From the NCBI GenBank assembly GCA_035693165.1, contig DASSGZ010000499.1:617-64616 (forward strand): 64,000 bases of DNA, written 5' to 3'. This DNA comes from Chloroflexia bacterium. Lineage in GTDB: Bacteria; Chloroflexota; Chloroflexia; QHBQ01; JAICKM01. The translations under genes were made by a program, and so were the position numbers. Below are positions 9,049 to 18,883 of this stretch, in pieces (position 1 is the stretch's first letter; the number at the start of each line of letters is the position of its first letter). The notes under the pieces were generated by a model, which saw nothing but the letters and a program-made list of their open reading frames with translations, had not been told where the DNA came from and did no database searches.

Positions 9049-9268
9049 AGTCGTGCGGCATCGTGCAGTATCTCGCAAATCCCCGGTGTAGTAACTTTAA
9101 TTCAATATGGTAAGCACAGTATTCGGGTGCCCGTGTAGTCACCAGCGGTTCGGCCCATAGCCACCGCTTGTGCTATTTGAGTGATCCTCTCCCCGTGGAC
9201 TGTGTATTCGCGGCTGCGTGACACAAGACCCCAGACCCTATTTCTATATCTACAAGGAGACAGGACTC

Positions 9269-11101
9269 ATGCGGGGAAATCGACCAAACCCGAGCGCCAT
9301 CCGCGCCTGGTGGGGTATCGGCGCGTTGGTATTGGGCATGCTGGCTCTTACGGCGGGAACCATAATCGGGGGCAGCGTCCCCATGCAGGCGGGGGCGCTC
9401 CCACCCGGTCAGGGCGCCGCACCGGCGGCTTGCGGCGCCTGGTCGCTGGCGACCAGCCCCAGTCCGTCCAACGCGAGCCTGCTCTATGGAGTCAAGGCAA
9501 TCGCGGCCGCCGATGTTTGGAGCGTCGGGGTGTATAAAGACTCGACCGATAACGTGAACAAGACCCTCACCGAACACTGGAACGGCACAAACTGGACCAC
9601 CGTCGCCAGCCCGAACGCCGAAACTGCGTACCCTGGCTATAACCAACTCACCAGTGTGGATGGGCTGGCCGCCGACGACGTGTGGGCCGTGGGCCGCACC
9701 ACCCATGGCGCCCTGACCGAGCATTGGGACGGCACTCAGTGGACCATCATCCCCGTCCCTGACGACCTGACCATCGGGTACCTTCTGGGAGTGAAGATGG
9801 TCTCACATAACGATGTCTGGGCAGTGGGCTACGCGCCCGTTGGGGGCTATCCGAACCGCGGGCGCATCATCCACTGGAACGGGGCCACCTGGAATGCCGT
9901 ATACGTCTCCTCCGATCTGGATCGCAGCACAACGATCAGCAACCTCGCCGTCGTGTCGGCCAACAACATCTGGGCGGCGGGGTCCATTATGATGCATTAT
10001 GACGGAACCGCCTGGACCGAAGTCCCGAATGTCGTGCCGCTGACGGGCGTGTTAAACGGGATCACGGCGATCACGGCGAACGATATCTGGGCCGTGGGCT
10101 GGAATACGCCGGGCACGTACGCGCAAACCTATACAACACACTACGATGGCGCGACCTGGACCGCCCAGCCCAGCCCGAACGCCGAGACCGAAAGTGTGTT
10201 GAATGCAGTGAGTGCAGCCTCCGGCGAGGTGTTAGCAGTAGGCTACAGCGATCCGGGCAGCAGCTATGGGCATACCCTGGCGATGCGCTGGACCGGTAGC
10301 GCCTGGAGCATCGTCAGCAGCGCGAGCCAGGACGAAAACAGCGAACTCGACGCGGTCAGTGTGCTGCCGGCGGGTGAGGCCTGGGCGGTCGGTTCCAGCT
10401 ACATCCATGGTGGCGCGCAGCATACCGTCGTCGAGTCCTATACCGCCGGATCGTGCGGCACGCCCACCCCGACGCCGCCGCCCTGCACAATAAGCTTTAG
10501 CGACGTGCATACGAGCGATTACTTCTACACGCCGGTGCAGTACCTGGCCTGCCACAGCGTGATCGCGGGCTACGCGGACGGCACCTTCCGGCCCTTCAAC
10601 AACACCACGCGCGGGCAGCTCGCCAAGATCGTGGAGGGTGGCTTCAACCTGCCGATCACCACCCCGCCGGCGGGCGGCCAGACCTTTGAAGATGTCGCTC
10701 CCAGCAGCACTTTCTTCAGCTACATCGAAACCCTGGCTGCACGCGGGATCACCAGCGGCTATACCTGTGGCGGGGCCAACGAGCCGTGTATCCCGCCCGC
10801 TAACCGGCCGTATTTCCGGCCGGGCAACAATGTGACCCGTGCTCAGTTGGTGAAGTTCGTCGTGGTTGCCGGTAACCAGCAGTTCGGCTGGCCCCTGCTC
10901 AACCCGGCGACCGCGTCGTTCAGCGATGTGCCGGTGGGCAGCCCCTTTTATCAGTATGTGGAAACCGCCGTCTGCCGAGGAGTGTTGTCCGGCTATAGCG
11001 ATGGGACGTTCCGGCCCGCCAACCCCGCCACGCGCGGCCAGATCGCCAAGATTGTCTACAATGCCGTCACCGGCACGTCCACCGGCTGTACCGGCCCCTG
11101 A
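9269..11101 (+). CDS. Secreted surface protein: N-terminal signal/TM, about 7 beta-propeller-like repeats and 3 C-terminal SLH domains
   Basis: SD AAGGAGA precedes ATG 9269. The repeat unit h(W/Y)(N/D)G..W...(30-40 aa)...D(V/I)WAVG recurs about 7 times. Three SLH-like repeats follow (FSDV...Y..V..L......GY.DGTFRP....TRGQ.AKIV). Confidence 0.85.
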   Translation: MRGNRPNPSAIRAWWGIGALVLGMLALTAGTIIGGSVPMQAGALPPGQGAAPAACGAWSLATSPSPSNASLLYGVKAIAAADVWSVGVYKDSTDNVNKTLTEHWNGTNWTTVASPNAETAYPGYNQLTSVDGLAADDVWAVGRTTHGALTEHWDGTQWTIIPVPDDLTIGYLLGVKMVSHNDVWAVGYAPVGGYPNRGRIIHWNGATWNAVYVSSDLDRSTTISNLAVVSANNIWAAGSIMMHYDGTAWTEVPNVVPLTGVLNGITAITANDIWAVGWNTPGTYAQTYTTHYDGATWTAQPSPNAETESVLNAVSAASGEVLAVGYSDPGSSYGHTLAMRWTGSAWSIVSSASQDENSELDAVSVLPAGEAWAVGSSYIHGGAQHTVVESYTAGSCGTPTPTPPPCTISFSDVHTSDYFYTPVQYLACHSVIAGYADGTFRPFNNTTRGQLAKIVEGGFNLPITTPPAGGQTFEDVAPSSTFFSYIETLAARGITSGYTCGGANEPCIPPANRPYFRPGNNVTRAQLVKFVVVAGNQQFGWPLLNPATASFSDVPVGSPFYQYVETAVCRGVLSGYSDGTFRPANPATRGQIAKIVYNAVTGTSTGCTGP

Positions 11102-11114
11102 GCATGCGGCCCCC

Positions 11115-11239
11115 CGCGCAACAGAAGATCGGTGGGACTCCTCGCCCGCCCGGTGATCTTCTGTTGCGCGTGACCCTATCTTGATCAAAGATAGTAAAGA
11201 TCCGCCGGCCTCTTTCGAGCGCCGGCGGATCTTTACTAT
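11115..11239. terminator. Hairpin cluster between convergent genes (bidirectional terminator region)
   Basis: A perfect 16-bp stem pairs 11115-11130 with 11155-11170. A 7-bp hairpin lies at 11176-11194. A perfect 19-bp stem ATAGTAAAGATCCGCCGGC (11191-11209) pairs with 11221-11239. Confidence 0.7.
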
Positions 11240-11242
11240 ATT

Positions 11243-11280
11243 CTGATAGCTGACCGCTGATAGCTGACGGCTGACCGCTC
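11243..11280. repeat. Tandem CTGATAGCTGAC(C/G)G units, related to the 1479-1523 repeat
   Basis: The sequence is ctgatagctgaccg ctgatagctgacgg ctgaccgct. Its reverse complement contains TCAGCCGTCAGC, identical to the stem arm at 1492-1503. Confidence 0.6.
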
Positions 11281-13305
11281 TTACGGCCCGATCTGCGGTT
11301 CCACGCCGTGGGGCGTCAGGGGTACGTTGGTGCGGGTGACGCTGGGCAGTGGGGGCGCGGGGTAGCCGTCGCGGAAGTCGGCGGCGGCGGGTTTGAACGA
11401 GCCGTCCAGGCGCACCAGGCCGAAGTGGGCCTCGTAGTTGCGCTGCGGCGCGTTCTTGCCGTAGTCCCACAGCGTCCACTGCATCATCCCGGCGATGCCG
11501 GCGGCGCGGGCCGCGCCCAGCATCGTCCGGTACAGACCCTGCTGCGTCGGCTCGTCATAGGTCGCCGCCGCCGTGGACTCCGCCGCCGGGCCGGTGGGCC
11601 AGCCGAACTCGCTGACCAGGATGGGCAGCTTGGTGTGCGCCTTGACCGCCGCGATTTGATCGGCGAAGCGGCCCGCATCGTAGCTGTGGAAGCTGGCGAA
11701 GTCGACAAAGTCGAGCACGGCCAGCTTGCGCGGCGCTTGCCACAGATTCTCGTAGTTGCCCATGCCGACCGTGATCGGGTGGCGGGTGTCGATGGAGCGC
11801 ACCGCCTGGGCGATCATGTTCAGCCAGCCGATCATCAGCGTCGGGTTGCGCCGCCCCACCACGCCGTTGTCGGGCTCGTTACGCAGGTCCCAGGCCAGCA
11901 CGCGGTCGTCGTTGGCGAACGGCTCGACCAGGCCCTGCACATAGTTCAGTTGGATACGCTTGTCCGCGTCGCCCAGTTCCTCGATGCGGTCGGTGGCGTC
12001 GAACAGCGCGAAGATGACCTTCATGTCGTAGGACGCGGCGATTTGTAGGAACTGGGTCATCAGGTTGATGATCGGGCCGTTGATCCGCTCGCTCGCCTTG
12101 TCGCCCCAGACGGTATCGCGCAGCGACAGATAGTCATAGGGCAGCGTGATGCGCACGGTGTTGACGCCCAGCTCATGGGCCTTGCCGAGTTCGGCTTTGA
12201 CTGTCGGAGCGTCCCACTCCGCCCAGGTCGTGACGAAGGGCGCGTCGTGCAGCCAGTAGTTGGTGCCCTTGATTGTGATCGGCTGCCCGCGCAGCACCAA
12301 CTGGTCGCCCTCGACATGGACGAAGGCATCAGCGGGCGGCAGCGGCGGGGCGTTGGTCACGGCGACGGGCGCGGCTTCGGGCAGCGGCTGGCCGTAGCGC
12401 CACTGATAGTAGTGCTGGCCCACGTTGCCCATCTGCACCTGCCACGCAGGCGGGAAGCTAGGCACAAACGTCAGCACGCGGCGTTGGAAGAGCTGCACCA
12501 GCACCTCGGTCGGCTTGCCGTTGATGATCGCCGTGGTCCAATATGCCTCGGTGATCGGATAGCCGAGCACAAACACCGGGTCGAACAACTGGCGCTGGTC
12601 ATACACGCCGCCGGTGAGCACGAGGCCATGGGCCGCCATGAAGCTCCAGAACACATCGGGCACGTTATGGCCGGTCTCCTGCACATAGGCCACGTTGCTC
12701 ACGTTGATGTCTTTGGTCAGCGGGCGTTGCCCGGCGCCGTCGCGGTTGATGGTGCCGACGACGATCTTCTTGTTCACCGGCGCGCGCCGGTCCGGCCCGC
12801 CGGGCAGCGAAGCCACACTTGCAAAGCTACGGTACGTGGGCACGCGCGCATCACCGGGCGCGGGCGGCTCGCCCACCACCGGCACATCGGCGGGGCCGCG
12901 CGCCTCGAACTGGTTCGGCCCGGTCTGGATCTGCCCGCTCACCAGTTCGACGACGAGCAAGCCGCTGGTCGCCGCCCAGGGGCTGTTCGGGTCTTTGACC
13001 GCCGGGTTTACCTCCATGCGGCCCTTGTCGAAGTACTGCACCTGGCGGGTGCCGTTGGGCGCGCCGGCAAACGGCTCCTCGCGCGTCGGGCCCGGCCCCG
13101 GCCCCCAGGTCCACGACCGGTGGGCGATATTCGCGGCCACGGGCGCGTCGGTCCGCGACCAGACCCGCTCGAACAGCGGCGAGGCGAACTGCGCCGTCGC
13201 AGCAGGGGGGGTCGCCAGGTAGCTGGCCTGTGCGGGCGCGAAGCGATAGGTGGTCAGCAACAGCAGGCCCAGGGCAAGCAGGGCCGTCACACGGTTCAGA
13301 CGCAT
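11281..13305 (-). CDS. Secreted glycoside hydrolase family 5-like protein with N-terminal LGFP-like/carbohydrate-associated repeats
   Basis: ATG 13305 gives a signal peptide (MRLNRVTALLALGLLLLTTYRFAPAQA). The GH5 acid/base motif WDLRNEPD and nucleophile motif VSEFGW are present. It is a paralog of 21354-23651. Confidence 0.8.
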   Translation of the reverse strand: MRLNRVTALLALGLLLLTTYRFAPAQASYLATPPAATAQFASPLFERVWSRTDAPVAANIAHRSWTWGPGPGPTREEPFAGAPNGTRQVQYFDKGRMEVNPAVKDPNSPWAATSGLLVVELVSGQIQTGPNQFEARGPADVPVVGEPPAPGDARVPTYRSFASVASLPGGPDRRAPVNKKIVVGTINRDGAGQRPLTKDINVSNVAYVQETGHNVPDVFWSFMAAHGLVLTGGVYDQRQLFDPVFVLGYPITEAYWTTAIINGKPTEVLVQLFQRRVLTFVPSFPPAWQVQMGNVGQHYYQWRYGQPLPEAAPVAVTNAPPLPPADAFVHVEGDQLVLRGQPITIKGTNYWLHDAPFVTTWAEWDAPTVKAELGKAHELGVNTVRITLPYDYLSLRDTVWGDKASERINGPIINLMTQFLQIAASYDMKVIFALFDATDRIEELGDADKRIQLNYVQGLVEPFANDDRVLAWDLRNEPDNGVVGRRNPTLMIGWLNMIAQAVRSIDTRHPITVGMGNYENLWQAPRKLAVLDFVDFASFHSYDAGRFADQIAAVKAHTKLPILVSEFGWPTGPAAESTAAATYDEPTQQGLYRTMLGAARAAGIAGMMQWTLWDYGKNAPQRNYEAHFGLVRLDGSFKPAAADFRDGYPAPPLPSVTRTNVPLTPHGVEPQIGP

Positions 13306-13446
13306 TCGGTCATTTGGCCTTCTAGAGACTTGAGTGCTGAAGGAGACAAAGAAGTGCAACCGCCCGCAGATCGATGGCGGGACGGTGAAATACAAACGAG
13401 CGATAGTTGCCGGTGATTATCGCTTCTACTCGTCGTTACTCAGCCC

Positions 13447-14454
13447 TCAGCCCGCAGCACTCGCCGGTTCGACGGGCGCGGGTACTTGGGCCAGCAATTC
13501 TAAGACGAGTCCGTCGAGGTCCCGGTTGCGCAAACGGGCTTCCGGGTTGAGAATCAGGCGGTGGGGCAAGACATAGGGCGCCATCTGCTTCACATCGTCC
13601 GGGATCACCATGCTCCGGCCCTGCATGGCGGCGTACGCCTGGGCCGTGCGGTAGAGCGCCAGCGAGCCGCGCGGACTGGCGCCCAGGTCGAGCGCGGTCT
13701 GGCTGCGGGTGGCACGCACCAGGGCCACCACATAGCGCCGCACCTCGGGCGTCACCTCGACCGCGCGCACGGTGGTCTGCGCGGCCAGCAGGTCGTCGGC
13801 GGTTGCCACCGCCGCGAGATCCTGCAAGGGGTTGTTGCGCGCGAAGCGCTCCAGGATCGCCTCTTCTTCGTCGGCTTCGGGGTAGCCCACGCGCAGCCGG
13901 ATCAGGAAGCGATCCAGTTGGGCTTCGGGCAGCGGAAAGGTGCCTTCCAGTTCGATGGGGTTCTGCGTCGCCAGCACCAGGAAGGGCCGGGGCAGCGGCA
14001 TCGTGCGGCCGTCGACGGTGGTCGTGCGCTCCTCCATCGCCTCCAACAGGGCCGACTGGGTGCGCGGCGTGGCGCGGTTGATTTCGTCGGCCAGTAACAC
14101 CTGGGTGAAGACCGGCCCCGGTCGAAACTCGAACGCCTGCTGCTGCTGATTATAGACCGACAGCCCGGTCACATCGGAGGGCAGCAGGTCGGGCGTGAAC
14201 TGGATGCGTGCGAAGGTGCAGGCCAGCGATTGGGCCAGCGATCGCGCCAGCATGGTCTTGCCCAGACCCGGCACATCTTCGAGCAGCACATGGCCCTCAC
14301 AGAGCAGCGCCGCCAGCACCCGGTCGATCACGGTGGGCTTGCCCACAATGACCCGGCTCACGTTGGCGCGCACGCGATCGGCCAGGGCGCGCACGGACGC
14401 CACCGCCGCCGCATCGGCGGGCGCGGCGGTAGGACTCAGCGCGACGTGCGTCAC
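13447..14454 (-). CDS. MoxR-family AAA+ ATPase
   Basis: The GTG start overlaps the upstream stop (GTGA). Walker A (EDVPGLGKT), Walker B (LLADEINR) and ATQNPIE motifs are typical of MoxR. Confidence 0.92.
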   Translation of the reverse strand: MTHVALSPTAAPADAAAVASVRALADRVRANVSRVIVGKPTVIDRVLAALLCEGHVLLEDVPGLGKTMLARSLAQSLACTFARIQFTPDLLPSDVTGLSVYNQQQQAFEFRPGPVFTQVLLADEINRATPRTQSALLEAMEERTTTVDGRTMPLPRPFLVLATQNPIELEGTFPLPEAQLDRFLIRLRVGYPEADEEEAILERFARNNPLQDLAAVATADDLLAAQTTVRAVEVTPEVRRYVVALVRATRSQTALDLGASPRGSLALYRTAQAYAAMQGRSMVIPDDVKQMAPYVLPHRLILNPEARLRNRDLDGLVLELLAQVPAPVEPASAAG

Positions 14455-15617
14455 GATTCCTCGCCGTCGCCCTGCGGCGTAGCGGGGTGCGGTCGGGCTT
14501 CGCGCACATTGCGCACCAGCGTGGCCTTCTGGGTCGCCTCGGTCTGCTTTTTGGCCCGGCGCTGGCGCATATCCTCGATCTGGGACTCGATACTCTGCAA
14601 CTCCATGCGCAGGTGCCGCTCCTCCAGCACGTCGAGGACCGACTCGATCTCTTCGTCGCGCCGGCGCAACGTCTCAAAGTGCGAAGGGATCTCGGCCAAG
14701 CGCCCATCCAGTTCACGGATCCGCTCTTCCAACTGCTGGAAGCGGTTGATATAGCGATCCATGCGCTGGTCGCCCACCTGGCGCAGTTCGGCCAGTTCGG
14801 CGGCCAGTTGCCCGCGGATCGTCTCGGCCCGTTCCTGCACCACGCCGTGATTATCGTGGACCTGCTTTTCCAGGCGCTGGATCAGCGAGTCGAAGCGGGT
14901 GTTGTGCTCACCGCTGTCGCTGAGTTGCGACCGGATGCCCTCGATGTGCTCCATAAGCTGGCGGCGCACCTCCTCCACCCGCTGGGAACGCGAGTTCACA
15001 TCGGTGAACTGCTCGCGCAGGCTCTCCACCAGCTCCTGGAGTTCCACGCCCTGGCGGCGCAGGCGCTGCTCTTCCATGCGCTGCAGCTCGGCCACGCGCT
15101 GGATCTCCTGGCGGGTTTCGTTGTTCACGGCATCTAACTCATGCACCAGGTCGCGCAACTGGCGCTGCGCGTCGGCGATCACGCCGATCTGGGACACAAG
15201 CTGGCGGATCTGGCCCTGCAGCGCCTCATACTGCCGCGCATCGGTCATGGTGCGCTCGCGGTCCATCCGCCGGGCCTCGATCAATTCGGCGATCTGGGCA
15301 CGCAGGTCGCGGATCGGCTTCATCGGCTCCTCGACCTTTTGGCCCAGTTCGGCGATCTGCTGCTTCAGGCGGCCGTCTTCGATCTGGCGCACCTGCATGC
15401 TTTGCGCCACATCTTGCGTGTGGCGTTCTTGCAGCATCTGCAACTGGAGCACCTGGCCTTCGGTGTTTTTGTAGAGGTCTTCGAGCCATTGCTGGCGGGC
15501 CAGCGCGTCGCGCATTTGCCGCCGCAGGTCGTCGATCTGCTGTTGCATCTGGTAGGCCGTCGTATCTTCCCGCCGCCGGCCCTCTTCGTCGCGGGTAGTT
15601 CGCAGGATATCAGCCAT
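14451..15617 (-). CDS. Long coiled-coil protein (388 aa, E/R/Q/L-rich, no TM), function unknown
   Basis: Heptad-like composition continues throughout. SD AGGGA precedes ATG 15617. It is translationally coupled to moxR downstream and lies 12 nt after the deacetylase gene. Confidence 0.7.
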   Translation of the reverse strand: MADILRTTRDEEGRRREDTTAYQMQQQIDDLRRQMRDALARQQWLEDLYKNTEGQVLQLQMLQERHTQDVAQSMQVRQIEDGRLKQQIAELGQKVEEPMKPIRDLRAQIAELIEARRMDRERTMTDARQYEALQGQIRQLVSQIGVIADAQRQLRDLVHELDAVNNETRQEIQRVAELQRMEEQRLRRQGVELQELVESLREQFTDVNSRSQRVEEVRRQLMEHIEGIRSQLSDSGEHNTRFDSLIQRLEKQVHDNHGVVQERAETIRGQLAAELAELRQVGDQRMDRYINRFQQLEERIRELDGRLAEIPSHFETLRRRDEEIESVLDVLEERHLRMELQSIESQIEDMRQRRAKKQTEATQKATLVRNVREARPHPATPQGDGEES

Positions 15618-15629
15618 GGAGGTGTCCCT

Positions 15630-16697
15630 TTATGATAGGAGTTTATGATGCCAGACGGCGCGCTCGATGGCCGTACGGACGGGCCGGAGCAACGCCGGAA
15701 GCGGCGGCATGGGCGGCCCACCCGCGCCGTTGAGGCGTTCCAGGGTCGCCACCACGCCGGAGCCTAACGCGCCCACATCGTAGCCGCCCTCCAGCACGAA
15801 AGCCAGGCGCCCGCCACAGAGTTCGGCGGCCAACTCGATAACCATGCTGGTCAGCATGCCGAAGCCGCCGGTGCTCACCGCCATTTGCGCGAGCGGATCG
15901 GCGTAGTGCGCATCGTAGCCGGCGGAGACCAGGATGAGGTCGGGCTGGAAGCGGCGCGCGAACGGAATCAGCACGTCCTCGAAGGCCGCCTGGTAGCCGG
16001 CGTCGTCGGTGCCCGGCGGCAGCGGCACATTGCAGGTCCACCCGCTGCCCGCCCCGGCCCCGCTCTCGGTCCACTTGCCCGTGCCCGGATACAGCGGCCA
16101 CTGATGGGTGCTGAAATAGGCCACGGTGCCGTCGCTGTAGAAGATGTCCTGGGTGCCGTTGCCGTGGTGCACATCCCAATCGACGATCAGGATGTGGCGG
16201 ATGCCGGTGTAGTGGCGTTGCGCGTGGCGGGCGGCCACGGCGATATTGTTGAACAGGCAAAAGCCCATGGCGAGGTCGGAACAGGCATGATGGCCCGGCG
16301 GGCGCCCCAGGGCAAAGGCGCTCGCGGCGCCCGGCCCTTGCGGGTCGAGCACCTGGTCCACGGCGGCGCAGGCCGCCCCCGCCGCGAGCAGCGCGGCCTC
16401 GTAACTGCCTGCGCTGATCACCGTATCATAATCCCAGAGGCCGCCGCCCGCGCGGGCAATGCCCTGGATCGTCTCGATATACTCGGGGTCATGCACGGCG
16501 CGGATAGCTTCCAGCGGCGCCGGCTCGGGCGTGATCAGGGCCGGCGGCCCAAAGCGTTGTTCGACCGCGCGCAAGATCGCCTTCAGCCGTTCCGGGGACT
16601 CGACGTGGATGCCGGTCTCATGCGCCAGGCAGCCGGGGTGATAAATGAGCGCAGTTTGCAGCGACGCGTCGTGGGCCATGATCCGAGTATAAGACAT
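15630..16697 (-). CDS. Histone deacetylase-family (arginase/deacetylase superfamily) amidohydrolase
   Basis: Motifs [18 protein letters not shown] and EGGY are typical of HDAC/AcuC/acetylpolyamine amidohydrolases. Confidence 0.9.
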   Translation of the reverse strand: MSYTRIMAHDASLQTALIYHPGCLAHETGIHVESPERLKAILRAVEQRFGPPALITPEPAPLEAIRAVHDPEYIETIQGIARAGGGLWDYDTVISAGSYEAALLAAGAACAAVDQVLDPQGPGAASAFALGRPPGHHACSDLAMGFCLFNNIAVAARHAQRHYTGIRHILIVDWDVHHGNGTQDIFYSDGTVAYFSTHQWPLYPGTGKWTESGAGAGSGWTCNVPLPPGTDDAGYQAAFEDVLIPFARRFQPDLILVSAGYDAHYADPLAQMAVSTGGFGMLTSMVIELAAELCGGRLAFVLEGGYDVGALGSGVVATLERLNGAGGPPMPPLPALLRPVRTAIERAVWHHKLLS

Positions 16698-16889
16698 GCG
16701 CCGGGGGCTGTCAAACCTCGACCGGGGGCCAGCCGCGCCCGGCGACCGATCCCCATCCGCCGGATGACCGATGGCGGGTGCGAAACAGATGTGCTATAAT
16801 AGAAGGCCGATATGTCAGTAAGCGAGCCGGCGTTCGCTGTCCCGGCGGGTGGTGCGGGCCGCATCCCGATGTGCGCAGGAGGGGGAACA

Positions 16890-18872
16890 ATGCCCAATTT
16901 TCAACTGGTCTCCGACTTCCAGCCAATGGGCGATCAGCCGGAGGCGATTGATAAGCTGGTCGAAGGCGTCAACGCCGGCCTCCGCCACCAGACGATGCTG
17001 GGGGTCACGGGCTCAGGAAAGACCTACGTAATGGGCCAGATAATCCAGGCCGTGAACCGCCCCACGCTGGTGCTGGCGCACAACAAGACGCTGGCTGCGC
17101 AGTTGTACGCCGAGTTCAAGGAGTTCTTCCCCAGCAACGCCGTCGAGTACTTCGTCTCCTACTACGACTACTACCAGCCGGAAGCCTACATCGCGCGCAC
17201 CGATACCTATATCGAGAAAGACTCCGACATCAACGAAGAGATCGATAAGCTGCGCCACGCCGCCACGCGCGCCCTGTTCGAGCGGCGCGACGTGATCATT
17301 GTCGCCTCGGTGTCGTGCATCTTCGGTCTCGGGTCGCCGGAGGAGTACGGCAAGGTAGTGGTGGATCTGCAGAAGGGCCAGGTGGCCCACCGCGACCGCG
17401 TGCTGCGCCGCCTGGTCGATATCCACTACGACCGCAACGACATGAACCTGGTGCGCGGCACCTTCCGCGTGCGCGGCGACACGCTGGAGATCTTCCCGGC
17501 CTACGAGAACATCGCCGTGCGCGTCGAGTTCTGGGGTGACGAGGTCGAGCGCATCAGCGAGTTCGATCCGCTGACCGGCGAGTTGCTGCTGGAGCGCAAC
17601 CGCATCGACATCTACCCCGCCCGCCACTTCATCACCAGCGAGGAGAAGCTGCGCGACGCCATCGCCGATATCGAGACCGAACTGGAGGAGCGCCTGGCCG
17701 AACTCCGCGCCGAGGATAAGCTGGTGGAGGCGCAGCGGCTGGAGCAGCGCACCCGCTACGACCTGGAGATGTTGCAGGAGACCGGCTACTGCTCGGGCGT
17801 GGAGAACTACTCGCGCCACCTGTCGCGGCGCGGGCCGGGCGACCGCCCCTCCACGCTGCTCGACTACTTTCCCGACGACTACCTGTTGTTCGTGGACGAG
17901 AGCCACATCAGCCTGCCCCAGGTGCGCGGCATGTGGGGCGGCGACGCCTCGCGCAAGCAGGAGCTGATCAAGTACGGCTTCCGCCTGCCCTCGGCGGCCG
18001 ATAACCGCCCGCTGACCTGGGCCGAGTTCGAGTCGCAGATCCACCAGGCCGTCTATGTCTCGGCCACGCCCGGCCCCTACGAGTACGAGCACAGCGAGCA
18101 GATTGTCGAGCAGATCATCCGCCCGACCGGTCTGATCGACCCCGAGATCGAAATCAAGCCGACGGCGGGCCAGGTGGAGGACCTGATCGAGCAAGTGCAG
18201 GGGCGCATCGCCAAAGGCCACCGTGTGCTGGTGACCACGCTGACCAAGCGCATGGCCGAGGACCTGGCCGACTACCTCAAGGAGGTCGGGGTCAAGACCC
18301 ACTACCTGCACAGCGAGATCGACACGCTGGAACGCATCGAGATCCTGCGCGACCTGCGCCTGGGCGTGTATGACGTGGTGGTCGGTATCAACCTCTTGCG
18401 CGAGGGCCTGGACCTGCCGGAGGTCTCGCTGGTGGCGATCCTGGATGCCGACAAGGAAGGCTTCCTGCGCAGCCGCGACAGCCTGATCCAGACGATGGGC
18501 CGTGCGGCCCGCCATGTCGAGGGCAAGGTGATCATGTACGCCGACCGGGTGACGGACTCGATGCAGGCCGCCATCGATGAGACCTACCGGCGCCGCCAGA
18601 AGCAGATCCGTTACAACGAGGAACACGGCATCGAGCCGGCCAGCATCGTCAAGCAGGTACGCGATCTGACCGACCGGGTGCGCGCCGTGGCCGAGGCCAG
18701 CCCCGAGTACAAGGTCTCGCCCAGCGGCGAGATCGCCATCCCCAAGGAGGAGCGGGCGCGGCTGGTCAAGGAGCTGGAGTCGCAGATGAAGATCGCGGCC
18801 AAGGCGCTGGAGTTCGAGAAGGCGGCGCTGCTGCGCGACCAGATCGTTGAACTGCGCCGCAGTATGCAGTAA
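16890..18872 (+). CDS. uvrB: Excinuclease ABC subunit B
   Basis: SD AGGAGGGGG precedes ATG 16890. The product has Walker A GVTGSGKT, helicase motifs and a C-terminal UVR domain ([11 protein letters not shown]). An extended -10 TGcTATAAT lies at 16792-16800. Confidence 0.97.
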   Translation: MPNFQLVSDFQPMGDQPEAIDKLVEGVNAGLRHQTMLGVTGSGKTYVMGQIIQAVNRPTLVLAHNKTLAAQLYAEFKEFFPSNAVEYFVSYYDYYQPEAYIARTDTYIEKDSDINEEIDKLRHAATRALFERRDVIIVASVSCIFGLGSPEEYGKVVVDLQKGQVAHRDRVLRRLVDIHYDRNDMNLVRGTFRVRGDTLEIFPAYENIAVRVEFWGDEVERISEFDPLTGELLLERNRIDIYPARHFITSEEKLRDAIADIETELEERLAELRAEDKLVEAQRLEQRTRYDLEMLQETGYCSGVENYSRHLSRRGPGDRPSTLLDYFPDDYLLFVDESHISLPQVRGMWGGDASRKQELIKYGFRLPSAADNRPLTWAEFESQIHQAVYVSATPGPYEYEHSEQIVEQIIRPTGLIDPEIEIKPTAGQVEDLIEQVQGRIAKGHRVLVTTLTKRMAEDLADYLKEVGVKTHYLHSEIDTLERIEILRDLRLGVYDVVVGINLLREGLDLPEVSLVAILDADKEGFLRSRDSLIQTMGRAARHVEGKVIMYADRVTDSMQAAIDETYRRRQKQIRYNEEHGIEPASIVKQVRDLTDRVRAVAEASPEYKVSPSGEIAIPKEERARLVKELESQMKIAAKALEFEKAALLRDQIVELRRSMQ

Positions 18873-18883
18873 TCGGAGAGCGC

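Noticed and set aside
16778-16800. Possible SOS box (GCGAAACAGATGTGC) next to the uvrB extended -10
   Set aside because: It does not fit GAAC-N4-GTTC. Several core positions mismatch and it is not palindromic. uvrB may still be LexA-regulated through a site I cannot see, but this sequence does not support it.
17013-18626. 537-aa ORF antisense to uvrB
   Set aside because: The uvrB reading frame is unambiguous. The antisense ORF is a GC-driven artefact with no domain signature.
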